Shown: one piece after another, positions 19,006 through 29,483 of the stretch
How the letters are laid out: the number at the start of each line of letters is the position of its first letter
Numbering within the stretch: the stretch's first letter is position 1
Virus record (IMG/VR): IMGVR_UViG_3300031998_000001
Location: 237,064-301,063 of that record
Source of the DNA: a virus
Lineage: Duplodnaviria > Heunggongvirae > Uroviricota > Caudoviricetes
Strand: one strand, 5' to 3'
Length of the DNA: 64,000 nt
The notes under the pieces: generated by a model
The model's database searches: none
What the model was told of the DNA's origin: nothing
The model's input: the letters and a program-made list of their open reading frames with translations, nothing else
Made by a program: the position numbers and the translations under genes

Positions 19006-19034
19006 AATATATAGTTAATAAATAGAAATTTCAG
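19006..19034 (-). promoter_or_regulatory. CTGAAA-N17-TATATT phage promoter
   Basis: Exact match. Confidence 0.8.
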
Positions 19035-19035
19035 C

Positions 19036-19602
19036 CTAATTGCATTTCGGCTTGGCGACCTTGATGACCGAAAGGAGTTGCATAGCCTCTCCAACCGCAT
19101 CAACGCACTCAATCCTCTGGTCGTACGGGTCTATCCCCTCCGACTTTATGAACAACTTCAGATACTCCATCGCCATACGGAATATCTGGACAATCTGCTC
19201 GGAATATTCCGTGCGACCGCCAGCAACGAGGTCGCGGAATACCCATATCACGGAGCAGGCGTAATCGACAGGCTCTATGTCAAGACCTGTCTCGATGCCG
19301 TCGTCGCTGTTGCGGAAAATCCTGCCGAGCATTTTCATAGCCCTTTCGTCCGCAGCCTTGCGCGAAAGGCAATCTTGTCTTGCATCTTCACCGATGAGGT
19401 CGTGTACCGTACCGCTCCACCCGCAGTGCTGGCACTCCGCTGGGTTGCCGTCCTTGAAATCCTCTGGTCGCGACTCGTCAAGTATATAGCAGGCAAGCCC
19501 CCTGCGTATCTCGTTGCCCCCGCATATCGGGCAATACTTGTGTACCTCGTGGTAGTCGTTCAATGTCTTTAAGTCCATATCCGTATATCTATTTGGTTTC
19601 AC
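19036..19602 (-). CDS. hypothetical zinc-ribbon protein
   Basis: CPICG...CQHCGW. Confidence 0.65.
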   Translation of the reverse strand: MKPNRYTDMDLKTLNDYHEVHKYCPICGGNEIRRGLACYILDESRPEDFKDGNPAECQHCGWSGTVHDLIGEDARQDCLSRKAADERAMKMLGRIFRNSDDGIETGLDIEPVDYACSVIWVFRDLVAGGRTEYSEQIVQIFRMAMEYLKLFIKSEGIDPYDQRIECVDAVGEAMQLLSVIKVAKPKCN

Positions 19603-19975
19603 TTATGTTTTCGTTCGCCTTCCTGACGAGAAGATATATCTCCTTCAACAGCCCGATGTCAATCAGGGAACGCTTCTCGTTGCGGGCGATAGCGTCCACG
19701 CTTTCCTTTATAGCCTTCACATACTTGGTCGCAAGCAGTTCGTCCTTTATCCTCTTCACCTCGTCTGCATCCTTCGGCTTGCGTACGCACGAGTGAATCC
19801 AAGCGTCCCCGTTGACCGCATAGCCGTTGGACAACTTGAAGCGCGAACCGTTGGCGCATACCACCATTGTCTTTGTTACCTTTTCAACCTTCACGATTGT
19901 ATCGTATGTATGGGCTGAACTGTAAACAAGTTCATCACCGACCTTAACTCCGTCAAGCGCATTGTTTCCTTCCAT
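19589..19975 (-). CDS. hypothetical protein (SH3-like, VKVGD..VEKVTKT)
   Basis: ORF in operon. Confidence 0.65.
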   Translation of the reverse strand: MEGNNALDGVKVGDELVYSSAHTYDTIVKVEKVTKTMVVCANGSRFKLSNGYAVNGDAWIHSCVRKPKDADEVKRIKDELLATKYVKAIKESVDAIARNEKRSLIDIGLLKEIYLLVRKANENISETK

Positions 19976-19993
19976 AGCAAAGTTCCGTCTCAC

Positions 19994-20197
19994 CTACAAC
20001 ATTATGGCATCTATCTCTGGATATGTCAGCGCACTGCCGTTAGCATCAACCGAATGCAAACGCCTGTACTCGCACACTGCGGAAAACCCGTCAACCGCCA
20101 TTATGCCGCCCTGCTTGAAATGCCTGCGCGTTACATTTCCGTTCGGCTCAACGGATTCCACGATTCCGAATACTAAAAATTCCCTTTTCATAACCAT
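19994..20197 (-). CDS. hypothetical protein
   Basis: 67 aa with AGGAGG upstream. Confidence 0.5.
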   Translation of the reverse strand: MVMKREFLVFGIVESVEPNGNVTRRHFKQGGIMAVDGFSAVCEYRRLHSVDANGSALTYPEIDAIML

Positions 20198-20303
20198 TTC
20201 CTCCTATGTTTAGTTTATGTCTTTCGTTGTCTGTACCACAAACATATAAATAATATTTTTAACGACAATATTTTTTTAACGACAATTTAACATTTTTAAC
20301 ATT

Positions 20304-21080
20304 TCAGAACAACCTGCAACCAGCCTCCTTTATCCTCTTTTCTGCGACCTTATAATACTCTTCGTCAAGTTCGATGCCTATGAAGTTCCTGTCCGTGTTC
20401 ATACACGCCACACCAGTGCTCCCGCTCCCCATACAGTTATCCAGCACGGTTTCGTTTTTATTGGTGTATGTCCGTATCAGATATTCGAGCAGGGCGACTG
20501 GCTTCTGCGTGGGATGCACCTTGTCCCTGTCCCTGTTGAACCTTATTATGTTCTTCGGCATCCTCTCCCCGTTGTTCACGGTAAGCACACCCCCTTCTTT
20601 CGCACCATTGTCCCTGACAACCGCGCTGTTCGGCTTCTGCTTGCCACTCACACACGAATAAGGTTTCCCTTCGCTTTTCTGGGGACTGTAGAAAAGAGTA
20701 ATCCCGCTCTTGACAAATGATGACGCACCGTTGCCGAACACACAAATATCCTCCGTAACCTTGAGTGGCTGGAACTTGCTGTTAAGAAAATTAGTACCGT
20801 TGTCCTTCTCCCACACCCAGTTGTACTTCCACCATTCTATGTTCGAGCATATCAGTTTGCTCGTAAACGGCTGTTGCGAGAAAAGCACTATCGCACGCCC
20901 GTCCTTTATTATCCGCTTATAGTGTTCCCACAGTGGCTCGAACGGAATAACGCTGTCCCAACTGCAAGCCGTAGTGCCGTACGGCAAATCGCATAGAATG
21001 AGGTCTATGCTTTTGTCTGGAATCTGCTTCATCACTTCAAGGCAGTCACCGTTGTATAGATTGTATTCGCTCATAGTCAT
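20304..21080 (-). CDS. DNA N6-adenine/N4-cytosine methyltransferase (beta class)
   Basis: GDCLE, DLPY, HPTQKP, VLDNCMGSGSTG, FIGIE; ends GCRLF. Confidence 0.92.
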   Translation of the reverse strand: MTMSEYNLYNGDCLEVMKQIPDKSIDLILCDLPYGTTACSWDSVIPFEPLWEHYKRIIKDGRAIVLFSQQPFTSKLICSNIEWWKYNWVWEKDNGTNFLNSKFQPLKVTEDICVFGNGASSFVKSGITLFYSPQKSEGKPYSCVSGKQKPNSAVVRDNGAKEGGVLTVNNGERMPKNIIRFNRDRDKVHPTQKPVALLEYLIRTYTNKNETVLDNCMGSGSTGVACMNTDRNFIGIELDEEYYKVAEKRIKEAGCRLF

Positions 21081-21088
21081 TTATAATC

Positions 21089-22360
21089 TTAAAGCCCGAA
21101 AATCTCCGCGATATGGGCATCATCCTCGACTTCCATAAACTTGTCCACCGAATATCTCTTCCTGTCCGTACCGAAGGACAGCGAGCCTTTGTAGTGGGTG
21201 TTGCCGTATTCGGCTATCGCCTTCCTCTGCGCCTGTGTAATCGGGACTTCCCTGCGCCCGTCAACGCGGAAGTACCCGTCATAGAGAACCCAGTTCTTCG
21301 CCACCTTGACGAAGCCCTTTGCGCTCATAAGCCAAGCGTCAACGCTGTAGTTGAAGTCGGAGGGCTTCTCCCAGCCGTAGTATTCCATAATGGCATCCGC
21401 CATACTTATATGGAGGAGGTTCGACACCTCTCCGTCAATGCCGAAGTATGTGCCGTCTGGGGCGATGAAGCCAGCATCGTGGAGTTCTGAAATCGGGCAG
21501 GGCTTGAAGTCGGAGAGTGCCTTCTCCACTCTCTTCTCGCCTTCGAGGAAATCGTCAATCCCCTGCAACCCTATGGAAAACTTATCACGGCTCGGCTTCC
21601 CGTCAACATCATCGAGCCATTCCCGAACCTCGCCAGCGAACAGGTCTGCCGAAGTGCATACCCACTCGCACACCCTTTCGAGTTCCTTGCAGGCGGTCTT
21701 GCCCTCGTCGTCAACAACCATATTGTCCCTGACGAACCGTATCGTCGATATGATGTTGCTTCTCGTTTCTCCGAGCCTTCGGGAAAACACAAGCGAGCCG
21801 AGTGCCATAGAGAGAACACGGTGGGACTTGTCGTCCGCGCAGTCATACAGCCTGAACGGAAGTTCGTGGTCGTGGGAGAGATAATACGCGATTATCCTCC
21901 GAAGCGGTATGTACCTATTTTCCGACATACCGTCCAACAGCCCGTCAAACGCCCCGTCGAGTTCTATGCTTACACAGATGTCCTTGTTGTTCTGCAAGTA
22001 GAACAATGTGTTCTGGCGGTACTCGTTCCAAGCACCCTCTATGCTCCCGCTCCCGTCAACCGAGAGAGCCTCCCTTATGCTCCTTATGATGTCGCCGACC
22101 GAGAACGACGGGTAGCCCGACAAGTCCTTCTCCGAGTATTCGTCGCGGGGCTTGACCATAACTTCCGTCACCCCGTCCCCCTCCACGCACATAAGGTACT
22201 TGCCCGCAGTGAGTGCAACGGCAACCTCCCTGCCCATTCCCGGAAACGAGTCAGTCCACAGCGAGACCGCCTCCTCTGGGGAGAGGTCAAGCAGGTGCGA
22301 CCAAGAGAGTTCGTGCAAAATCTTTCCTGTATTTCTTCCGAGTGTAAATCCGACTTCCAT
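21089..22360 (-). CDS. hypothetical protein
   Basis: 423-aa ORF; GFIAPDG..H motif. Confidence 0.75.
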   Translation of the reverse strand: MEVGFTLGRNTGKILHELSWSHLLDLSPEEAVSLWTDSFPGMGREVAVALTAGKYLMCVEGDGVTEVMVKPRDEYSEKDLSGYPSFSVGDIIRSIREALSVDGSGSIEGAWNEYRQNTLFYLQNNKDICVSIELDGAFDGLLDGMSENRYIPLRRIIAYYLSHDHELPFRLYDCADDKSHRVLSMALGSLVFSRRLGETRSNIISTIRFVRDNMVVDDEGKTACKELERVCEWVCTSADLFAGEVREWLDDVDGKPSRDKFSIGLQGIDDFLEGEKRVEKALSDFKPCPISELHDAGFIAPDGTYFGIDGEVSNLLHISMADAIMEYYGWEKPSDFNYSVDAWLMSAKGFVKVAKNWVLYDGYFRVDGRREVPITQAQRKAIAEYGNTHYKGSLSFGTDRKRYSVDKFMEVEDDAHIAEIFGL

Positions 22361-22372
22361 AATCTTATCTTT

Positions 22373-22780
22373 TTAGTTGCCAATCTTATCTTCAAACCTA
22401 TCGTATGGTGCTTTGTACTTGACGCGCTTCGCGTTAAGGCACATATCCATAAACTCCTTCTTTCCCGATGCGTTGAGTTTGTTGTACGACACGATTGTCA
22501 TACCAGAGCGTCCGTTCCAGCGGTTGAGCGTTACATTGGACTTGCCGTCGTGCTCGTACACCTCAACCGAATACCACACGCCGACCATATCCCACGCCAC
22601 AAGCCTTGTATCAAACGGATTGGGCTGGGGGTTCTCGTATTTGAGCGTGGTCTTGCCGTATTTCAAGGTGTATTCGTTGTCGGCAATGGGGTTAACAAAA
22701 TCAACCTCGTATCCCGCCTCAATGAGCCTGTGCGTAGCCTCGCTTGCGGTAAGTGCCCTTTGTCTTTTTCCCTGTTCCAT
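22373..22780 (-). CDS. hypothetical protein
   Basis: 135 aa, first gene after promoter. Confidence 0.7.
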   Translation of the reverse strand: MEQGKRQRALTASEATHRLIEAGYEVDFVNPIADNEYTLKYGKTTLKYENPQPNPFDTRLVAWDMVGVWYSVEVYEHDGKSNVTLNRWNGRSGMTIVSYNKLNASGKKEFMDMCLNAKRVKYKAPYDRFEDKIGN

Positions 22781-22809
22781 AGTTTAATTCCTTATGTCCT
22801 TCCAATACT

Positions 22810-22838
22810 AATATATTGGCTATTTATTGGAATTTCAG
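22810..22838 (-). promoter_or_regulatory. CTGAAA-N17-TATATT phage promoter
   Basis: Exact match. Confidence 0.8.
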
Positions 22839-22890
22839 AAAAAGTGCAAAAATATTTCGGCACAGCCGAAGCGCAATCCCGCATCCGGGA

Positions 22891-23610
22891 TTAAAGCGCG
22901 ACTGTCGTGTTGATTGTTTCGGGCGGGAGTTGTGCAAGCGGAGGCTCGCTCTCCCCGTACTTCGTGAGATGGGTGTGGCTGTTGTAAGCCTTCAGGAGAA
23001 GGTCTCCGTTGATGCCCGAATACTTCACCTCCCCGCCGAGTTCTATTCGGGGCGCAACGAAGCGGATGATGTTGTCGCTCTTGATTGTCACCTCACCGTT
23101 GTCCATTGTTATCATATCCCCGTTTATGTTCTTCAGGGTTATGCTCCCGTCGGAGTTCATTATGAACTGCATATTCCCGTTGTAGTTCTTGTAGTCTATG
23201 ACAAGCCCCTTCGTGTCGGTGAAATACATCTTGATGAACTCGCCAGCACGCACGCCGCCGTCCTCCTCCCCGTTGGAGAAGTCCGTGTCATACATAAGTA
23301 TATGCGATGCACTGCTGTCCTCGTCGCTCACCTCCTTGCCGACATCCGCGCCTATGTTCACCACGCCGAGCCAGAGAGGTGCATAGCGGACATCGCCAGT
23401 AACATAGACCTCCTGACCAATCTTGGGTATCGTGTACGAGCCACCCGAAAGGCACAAAGGTCGCGCCCACGGCAGGAACTCCGTAGGTATCACATAAGAT
23501 TCCTCGTCATCCGCCTCCTTCTGGTCGGTAACTCCGTATATCCTTATCTTCAGCCGAGCCTCGTTCTTCGGGTCGAGGTTGTCCTCGACTATTCCAATGA
23601 AAGGTGTCAT
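22891..23610 (-). CDS. baseplate hub/central spike (T4 gp5 / P2 gpV-like)
   Basis: GIVEDNLDP..RLKIRI.G..LPWA..P.IG..V OB-fold; beta-helix repeats; HTH metal-binding tip. Confidence 0.85.
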   Translation of the reverse strand: MTPFIGIVEDNLDPKNEARLKIRIYGVTDQKEADDEESYVIPTEFLPWARPLCLSGGSYTIPKIGQEVYVTGDVRYAPLWLGVVNIGADVGKEVSDEDSSASHILMYDTDFSNGEEDGGVRAGEFIKMYFTDTKGLVIDYKNYNGNMQFIMNSDGSITLKNINGDMITMDNGEVTIKSDNIIRFVAPRIELGGEVKYSGINGDLLLKAYNSHTHLTKYGESEPPLAQLPPETINTTVAL

Positions 23611-23655
23611 ATCGTTCAGAATTTTAGTTTTGCAAAATCCAATACAGTATTATGT

Positions 23656-24450
23656 TTACAGATATATCCTGTCCTTTATCCTGCCAGTCGGTGTCTTGAC
23701 CGTAACCTTGATAGTCTTTTCGATTGAACCGTAGCACTCCGTCTCATAATATATCGAGTGCGACCTGTCCTCCTTGTCGGAGTGTTCGACCTGCTCGACT
23801 TCCAATATGTCCCTCGACGACCTCACCGCTTTCAGTTTTTCAATGAACACAGCGCATCTTCTCTGGCTGGTGCAGGCAAACGAGCGTTGGTCGTTATGCT
23901 CATAATATTCGCCCCGCTTTCCAGATGTGGGCGCATTGTAGCACATATCCTCCGTCAACTTGAAGTTCGCGTATTTCAGCAGGTATTTCTGTATCTGCAC
24001 AAACTCCTTCGCGACCTTCCTGATGTAGCATATTTCGGAAATGCGGTCATAATAGTCGGGATAGTTCCCCGCCTTCGCCGTCTTGACAATCATTCTGCCG
24101 TCGTCCTTCGCGAGCCTTGCTATTCCGTCGCATATCCTTGACACCACATACTGGTTTTCAAACTCGTATTCGCATCCGACCGCCTCCAATGTGTAGGTGG
24201 TCATACATTCGCCCCTGCGCTCGCGCTCCTCGTGCCCCTGCCCGAACGGATATATGCCGTACCCGCGCCTGCCATATTCAAATGTTATGACGCAAATGTC
24301 ATCATTGCTCTTCTTTATATGCGCCATTATGTTCTTGTATATCTCGCGAGCCACTATGTCGGCGTTCCGCTTCTCGCATTTCCCCAGCACTGTTTCCCTG
24401 ATGCTTTCGTTAACTGGGAACATTTCGTCTATCCTCTTGATGTGTGTCAT
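23656..24450 (-). CDS. hypothetical protein with CTS-like N-terminus
   Basis: MTHIKRIDEMF.VNES start. Confidence 0.7.
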   Translation of the reverse strand: MTHIKRIDEMFPVNESIRETVLGKCEKRNADIVAREIYKNIMAHIKKSNDDICVITFEYGRRGYGIYPFGQGHEERERRGECMTTYTLEAVGCEYEFENQYVVSRICDGIARLAKDDGRMIVKTAKAGNYPDYYDRISEICYIRKVAKEFVQIQKYLLKYANFKLTEDMCYNAPTSGKRGEYYEHNDQRSFACTSQRRCAVFIEKLKAVRSSRDILEVEQVEHSDKEDRSHSIYYETECYGSIEKTIKVTVKTPTGRIKDRIYL

Positions 24451-24470
24451 ATCCGATATTCGCTTAAATA

Positions 24471-24881
24471 TTATCCCTCGATGTCCTTGTTCCAGAAAGT
24501 GCAGGTCATATCGTATCGGGAGAACGCATCGTCCATACTTCCCGCGCTGTGGCAAATCAAACGCCCGATAACAATGCCGTACTCGGTTTCGATTTCGAGC
24601 CTGTACTCCTTGTATGCGGGGTGGTTGAAGTCAATGCTCCTCCCTGCATAGTAGTTCCGATAGCCTCCGTCTGGCGTGCCAGCCGAAATGTCGATTACAC
24701 CCCTCACCTTCCGAAGCGCGTCTATGTGCTGGCTTACATTCTGCCATCCCTCGTCCGAGTAACTGTGCATAGTGAACGGGCGGGAAGCCGTATAAAGCCT
24801 GTTTATGAGAAGGCTCAACTGGTAGGACTTCTTCTCCGTCCTGTTAGCCGATGATTCGTTTATTCTCCTGATATGTACCAT
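24471..24881 (-). CDS. hypothetical protein with CTS-like N-terminus
   Basis: MVHIRRINES start; directly downstream of portal. Confidence 0.7.
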   Translation of the reverse strand: MVHIRRINESSANRTEKKSYQLSLLINRLYTASRPFTMHSYSDEGWQNVSQHIDALRKVRGVIDISAGTPDGGYRNYYAGRSIDFNHPAYKEYRLEIETEYGIVIGRLICHSAGSMDDAFSRYDMTCTFWNKDIEG

Positions 24882-24919
24882 AGCAAATTTCCTCTCCTAT
24901 ATTATAACGGACTGTCGGC

Positions 24920-26638
24920 TTACAACTGGAAGCCACCGCCTCCGCCACCGCCTTCGTCCTCATCTTCCTTCTTCTCCTTCTTCACCTTCTTGAACTTCGA
25001 CTTGTCAGCACCGTCAAACGCTATCTTCTGCGCGTCCTCGTCCTTGTAGCCTTCCTTTATGAGAGCCTTCTTCTCCTTTATCTTGCGGTTGTTCTCCAAG
25101 TCCTCGTACTTGAAGCCTCCGTATGTGCGGATAAGGTAGTCCAAGTCCCAGTACGGCTGTTCGTTGCCCTCGCTGTCCTGCTCGGTGAGCGACTGCATAA
25201 TATTGCCGATTGTCTGAACCTTGTGGTCGAAGAGTTCGAGTTCCCTCTGCTCCGTGAACACATTGTTGTTTATGAACTTCAGCATAAGGCTGTTGCGGAA
25301 GTTCGTGTCCGTCATAAGTTCCTTGTGGTTGAGGCAGAGTTGTATGTACAGGGGCTTGACAAGTATCTCCTGCCATATCGCACGCACTCGGTTGATATAG
25401 TTGGCGAACTTCATCTCCTCGCGCATCATCGCCTCCGCAGTGAGCGCATACTGACCGCGCCCCTGCTCGTTGTCAAAGCGCGAGAAAGGTATCTTTGAAA
25501 CGCCCCACAACTTGTGCTTGAAATACTTTAACGCCTCCGTGTCGGAGATGTCGGGTCCGTCCCCGCCGAGCGTCTGCACCTGCGGGCTTTGACCGTCAAC
25601 CTGCGGAAACCAGTATTCCTTGTTGAAGGGCATCATAGGTTTTCCGTTGCACTGCAACTCCCCGCTTTCCCAGTTGAAGTCAACAAGTTCCCTGTAGTGG
25701 TGCATTGTTTCGCTCAATGTCTGCTTGCCCCTGCTCTTCGTGTCCTCGACTGGTATCGTGAACATAGTCTTGAACGATGCGTTGGAAACCGCCCAGATTA
25801 TACGGGTGCTCTCCATTATGCGGAGCAAGTTGAAACAACGGGCGAGCCTTTCCACATAACTCACTCGGCAGGCTGAATCGAACTGCGAGTATGAGATGTA
25901 GATGACCTGCGAGTCGTACAGCACCCTCTGCTTAACTGGGTCTTGCGGGTTCTCAATCCATATCTTCTCGTTAGTCTCCTCGCTGAACGCAGGTGCGAGC
26001 AACAGCGGGTCGAGTTCCTTGAAGCCGATTATCCGCTTCTGCTCCCCGCTCTCGCCAGCCTCCACATCATAGAGTATCTCAAACGCAAGGAAGCCATCGA
26101 TGAGGAACTTTCGGAAGTAGCCCCAAGCCATATTCTGGTCATAGAACGAGAAGTATGTGTAAATCTTGTTGAACTCGTCCTGAACTTCCTGCTCCCTCTT
26201 CTCGTCCATCAACTTGTTGTCGTAGCGAGGCTCGCAGAAAAGCCCGTCGTCCGTGTAGCAGATGCACTCGTCGGTAAGTATGTCGAGTATCTCCTCTATC
26301 TCGTCCTGCATAGCAAGCCTCCTCAACTCCGCCCGCTTCTTGTCGTCGTATGTGCGGTCGAAAATCGGGATGTTCTTGTTCATCGTAGAGTCGGTGAACG
26401 AGTAGCCGTTGAATATGTCGTACACGCTTCCCTCGTACTCGAACTTCTGCGCCTGCTGTTCCCCCTGCATCTGGGAGGTGTAGTCCGTATCGTAGAGACC
26501 GATTGAACGGCTCACCTTGAACAACTTGTTCGAGAAGTCCATACCGAGCGTGCTCAACTTGCGAAGTCGCTTGCTGACATTGTTCTGCGGTGTCACCCAC
26601 CGAGAAGTATCGTGCCGTGTCTTGATAAAACCTGCCAT
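24920..26638 (-). CDS. portal protein (T4 gp20-like)
   Basis: F.IDG, N.LRIME...IW, EYWFP..G..V.TL.G, LKYF..KL...SKIP.SR, REE.KF..I.R; TATAAATA at 26686-26693. Confidence 0.9.
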   Translation of the reverse strand: MAGFIKTRHDTSRWVTPQNNVSKRLRKLSTLGMDFSNKLFKVSRSIGLYDTDYTSQMQGEQQAQKFEYEGSVYDIFNGYSFTDSTMNKNIPIFDRTYDDKKRAELRRLAMQDEIEEILDILTDECICYTDDGLFCEPRYDNKLMDEKREQEVQDEFNKIYTYFSFYDQNMAWGYFRKFLIDGFLAFEILYDVEAGESGEQKRIIGFKELDPLLLAPAFSEETNEKIWIENPQDPVKQRVLYDSQVIYISYSQFDSACRVSYVERLARCFNLLRIMESTRIIWAVSNASFKTMFTIPVEDTKSRGKQTLSETMHHYRELVDFNWESGELQCNGKPMMPFNKEYWFPQVDGQSPQVQTLGGDGPDISDTEALKYFKHKLWGVSKIPFSRFDNEQGRGQYALTAEAMMREEMKFANYINRVRAIWQEILVKPLYIQLCLNHKELMTDTNFRNSLMLKFINNNVFTEQRELELFDHKVQTIGNIMQSLTEQDSEGNEQPYWDLDYLIRTYGGFKYEDLENNRKIKEKKALIKEGYKDEDAQKIAFDGADKSKFKKVKKEKKEDEDEGGGGGGGFQL

Positions 26639-26684
26639 TGTAGAATAAGTTATAGTCGGGTGCTATGCCCCGAAGCATTATACA

Positions 26685-26993
26685 TTATTTATATATAACG
26701 CGCCGACCGAAGAGCCTTATGCAAAAGCCCTTCAACGAGCAAGCCCTCGCCCTTCGGAGTTCAATCCCGTCCGCATAGTACACATACTCTGGTCTGCAAC
26801 CCTCGTATGCCCCCTCGCGCTTGTCGAAGCCGAGTTCCCTCCACCAGTAGTCGAACTCATTGCTGGTGAGCGAACGGCAGTCGCGTCCGATGTACCTCGA
26901 CAATATCTTCTTTTTTCGTGCGGTTATGATGTCCTCAAGTTCACCGATGAGGTCAACACCGTAAATTACATTTCCCTTGAAATAATATATCAT
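26685..26993 (-). CDS. hypothetical protein
   Basis: 102 aa following the MTase array. Confidence 0.55.
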   Translation of the reverse strand: MIYYFKGNVIYGVDLIGELEDIITARKKKILSRYIGRDCRSLTSNEFDYWWRELGFDKREGAYEGCRPEYVYYADGIELRRARACSLKGFCIRLFGRRVIYK

Positions 26994-26998
26994 ATCTC

Positions 26999-27958
26999 CT
27001 AAAAAAGTTTAACCGAATTTATCTTCCTTGCCTCTCCAATTCTTCTTTGTGCAACAGCGAAATATCCCTCGTCGAGTTCGATGCCTATGAAGTTCCTGCT
27101 CGTGTTCATACAGGCTACGCCCGTGCTTCCGCTTCCCATACAGTTATCCAGCACGGTTTCGTCCCCGTTGGAATATGTCCGTATGAGAAACTCAAGCAGG
27201 GCGACTGGCTTCTGGGTAGGATGCAAGCCAGTTTCACGGGCGAAGCGAAGCACACTCTTCGGGTAGCCCGTCTTTGTCTGTATGTACGCATCCCTCTTGC
27301 CTTCGGATGCAATATGGTTAAGCGTACCGCCCTTCCCCTTGTTCGAGCAAGCCTCGAATGTATCGGCAAGTTCGAGATTGTATGTATGCCTCGACTTCTC
27401 GTACTTGTCATATTCGTCTGGGATACCGAACAACCCGCAGAGTTTAGCCCACTGCTCCCTTGTCGGGAACTGCCTCCCGCTTATCTTGTTGCTCAACCAC
27501 CCAGTCCTGTTCCCGTTCTTTGAAAGGAAGAGTTCCGACACCTCCCCGTATGAAAGCCCAAGCCTCTCCATATTGCTCGTTATTATGTCCGAGAATGTCT
27601 TGCACTCGGTATTGTCATAGAACACGGAGATATTCTCGTGGACTTTCAACGGCTGTTCATTCGCAAGTTGGAAGTTCCCAGCATTGTTCTTCTCCCATAT
27701 CCAGTCGTAGCGATACCAGTCGAGGTTGCTCACCCGAAGAAGCGACGAGAAAGGCTCGCTACCGAAAAGCGCAATGACACCGTTCTGCTTCAGCACCCTC
27801 CTGTACTGCGCCCACAGTGGCTCGAACGGGATAACGCTGTCCCAAGCACAGGCTGTCGTCCCGTAGGGCAGGTCGCACAGAACCAAGTCGATGGACTTGT
27901 CTGGAATCTGCTTCATCACTTCGAGGCAGTCGCCGTTGTACAATCTGCATTCGCTCAT
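26999..27958 (-). CDS. DNA N6/N4 methyltransferase (beta class) with inserted HTH
   Basis: DLPY, HPTQKP, DNCMGSGS; HTH-like insert RLGLSYGEVSELF; ends SVKLF. Confidence 0.92.
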   Translation of the reverse strand: MSECRLYNGDCLEVMKQIPDKSIDLVLCDLPYGTTACAWDSVIPFEPLWAQYRRVLKQNGVIALFGSEPFSSLLRVSNLDWYRYDWIWEKNNAGNFQLANEQPLKVHENISVFYDNTECKTFSDIITSNMERLGLSYGEVSELFLSKNGNRTGWLSNKISGRQFPTREQWAKLCGLFGIPDEYDKYEKSRHTYNLELADTFEACSNKGKGGTLNHIASEGKRDAYIQTKTGYPKSVLRFARETGLHPTQKPVALLEFLIRTYSNGDETVLDNCMGSGSTGVACMNTSRNFIGIELDEGYFAVAQRRIGEARKINSVKLF

Positions 27959-27960
27959 AG

Positions 27961-28698
27961 TTAAAACAGGCATTTCCTTTCCTTGAACACCCCTCCGTTT
28001 TCGGAAACATAGGGTTTAAGCCGTTCATTTGCAAGTTTGTAATACTTCTCGTCAATCTCAAAGCCTATGAACTTCCGTCCGCTTGTGGCGCAGGCGACCG
28101 CCGTGCTTCCGCTTCCCATAAACGGGTCGAGCACCACTTCGCCTTCGAGCGTCGAGTTCGTTACGAGCGTTTTCATAAGTTCGACTGGCTTCTCGCTGTC
28201 GTGGGCGTTGCTCCCGTCATCATTCTTTGTTTTCCTGTTCGGTATGGAGATTATGTCCGAGCAACCGCAGTCGTTAATCTGCTTGTCCTTTCCCTTGCGT
28301 ATGAATATTATGTATTCGTACTGCCCCATATAGTAGCGTCCGCATATCTTGTTCTGCTTGTCCCATATCAGGCACTTCGTGAAGTGGAACTTGCTCCGCC
28401 CTATCACTTCGAGGAAATGGCAGATGTTATAGTTGTTTGTCATTATGTAGCAGTGGGCATCGTCCTTCAGCAGACGGTAGAACTCGCCTATGTAGTCCTC
28501 AATGTCGATGTCGTTGTGGTCGAATATCTTTCCCTCCATAGACTTGTCGGTGGTTATGTATCCGCTCATCGTCCCGCTACACCCTTTCGGCATAATCCTG
28601 TATGGCGGGTCTGTCGCGATGAGGTCTATGCACCCGTCTGGAAGTTGACGCATACCTTCGAGGCAGTCCATATTGTATATCTTATTAAATTCAAACAT
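27961..28698 (-). CDS. DNA N6/N4 methyltransferase (beta class)
   Basis: DPPY, EKPVEL, DPFMGSGS; ends RKCLF. Confidence 0.92.
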   Translation of the reverse strand: MFEFNKIYNMDCLEGMRQLPDGCIDLIATDPPYRIMPKGCSGTMSGYITTDKSMEGKIFDHNDIDIEDYIGEFYRLLKDDAHCYIMTNNYNICHFLEVIGRSKFHFTKCLIWDKQNKICGRYYMGQYEYIIFIRKGKDKQINDCGCSDIISIPNRKTKNDDGSNAHDSEKPVELMKTLVTNSTLEGEVVLDPFMGSGSTAVACATSGRKFIGFEIDEKYYKLANERLKPYVSENGGVFKERKCLF

Positions 28699-28699
28699 A

Positions 28700-29482
28700 T
28701 CAGAAAAGTTTATTCTTGTCGGTTTCGATTTTGGTTTCCGTTTTGCCAGTCGCTTCCTTTATCCTTCGCTCCGCAATCCCAAAGTAGTCTTTATTGAGTT
28801 CTATCCCAATGAAGTTCCTGCCCGTATTCATACACGCAACACCCGTGCTTCCGCTCCCCATAGTGTTATCGAGGATTGTATCGCCCTCGTTGCTATATGT
28901 CCGTATAAGGTATTCGAGCAGGGCGACTGGCTTCTGCGTGGGATGCACCGAAACGCTCGGATGCGGTTTCTGGAACTGGATTATGCTGGTCGGGTACTTC
29001 ATATCGTCATTGACATCGACATCTTTCGGCTTGTAACTGCCGTAGTTGTTGTTCGTCTCGCCCTTCGTGAATATGGCAGTGCCTTTCGTGTGGCTCGGCT
29101 TGCCCTTCGTTTTCTGCGGGTTGTAAACTGGCTTGCTTCTGTAGAACACGGCAATCTGCTCGTGTACCCTCAACGGCATAACCCTTGCGTTAAGGAAACC
29201 GCCCTTGAGCACCTTGTCCCAGACAATATCGTATCGGAAGTCCTTTCTGTTCGAGTGTACGAGGTCTGCGTAGAACAGCCCCTGCGCGAACAGGACTATC
29301 GGGGCTGTGTCCTTCGCTACCCTGTTATATTGCTCCCAGAGCAGGTCGAACGGAATTACCGCATCCCACTTGTTCTGCGTAGTGCCGTATGGCAAGTCGC
29401 AGAGCACCATATCCACGCTTCCGTCTGGTATAGACTTCATCACTTCGAGGCAATCGCCGTTGTATAACTTGTATTCAGCCAT
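28700..29482 (-). CDS. DNA N6/N4 methyltransferase (beta class)
   Basis: DLPY, HPTQKP, DNTMGSGS; ends KNKLF. Confidence 0.92.
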   Translation of the reverse strand: MAEYKLYNGDCLEVMKSIPDGSVDMVLCDLPYGTTQNKWDAVIPFDLLWEQYNRVAKDTAPIVLFAQGLFYADLVHSNRKDFRYDIVWDKVLKGGFLNARVMPLRVHEQIAVFYRSKPVYNPQKTKGKPSHTKGTAIFTKGETNNNYGSYKPKDVDVNDDMKYPTSIIQFQKPHPSVSVHPTQKPVALLEYLIRTYSNEGDTILDNTMGSGSTGVACMNTGRNFIGIELNKDYFGIAERRIKEATGKTETKIETDKNKLF

Positions 29483-29483
29483 A

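Noticed and set aside
20253-20303. Short repeats TTTTTAACGACAAT x2 and TTTAACATTT x2
   Set aside because: Low-complexity AT-rich slippage; too short and irregular for CRISPR or iterons.
23617-23637. CAGAATTTTAGTTTTGCAAAA as a degenerate TIR next to a CTS-tagged gene
   Set aside because: It needs a gap and several mismatches in AT-rich sequence, and has no partner end.
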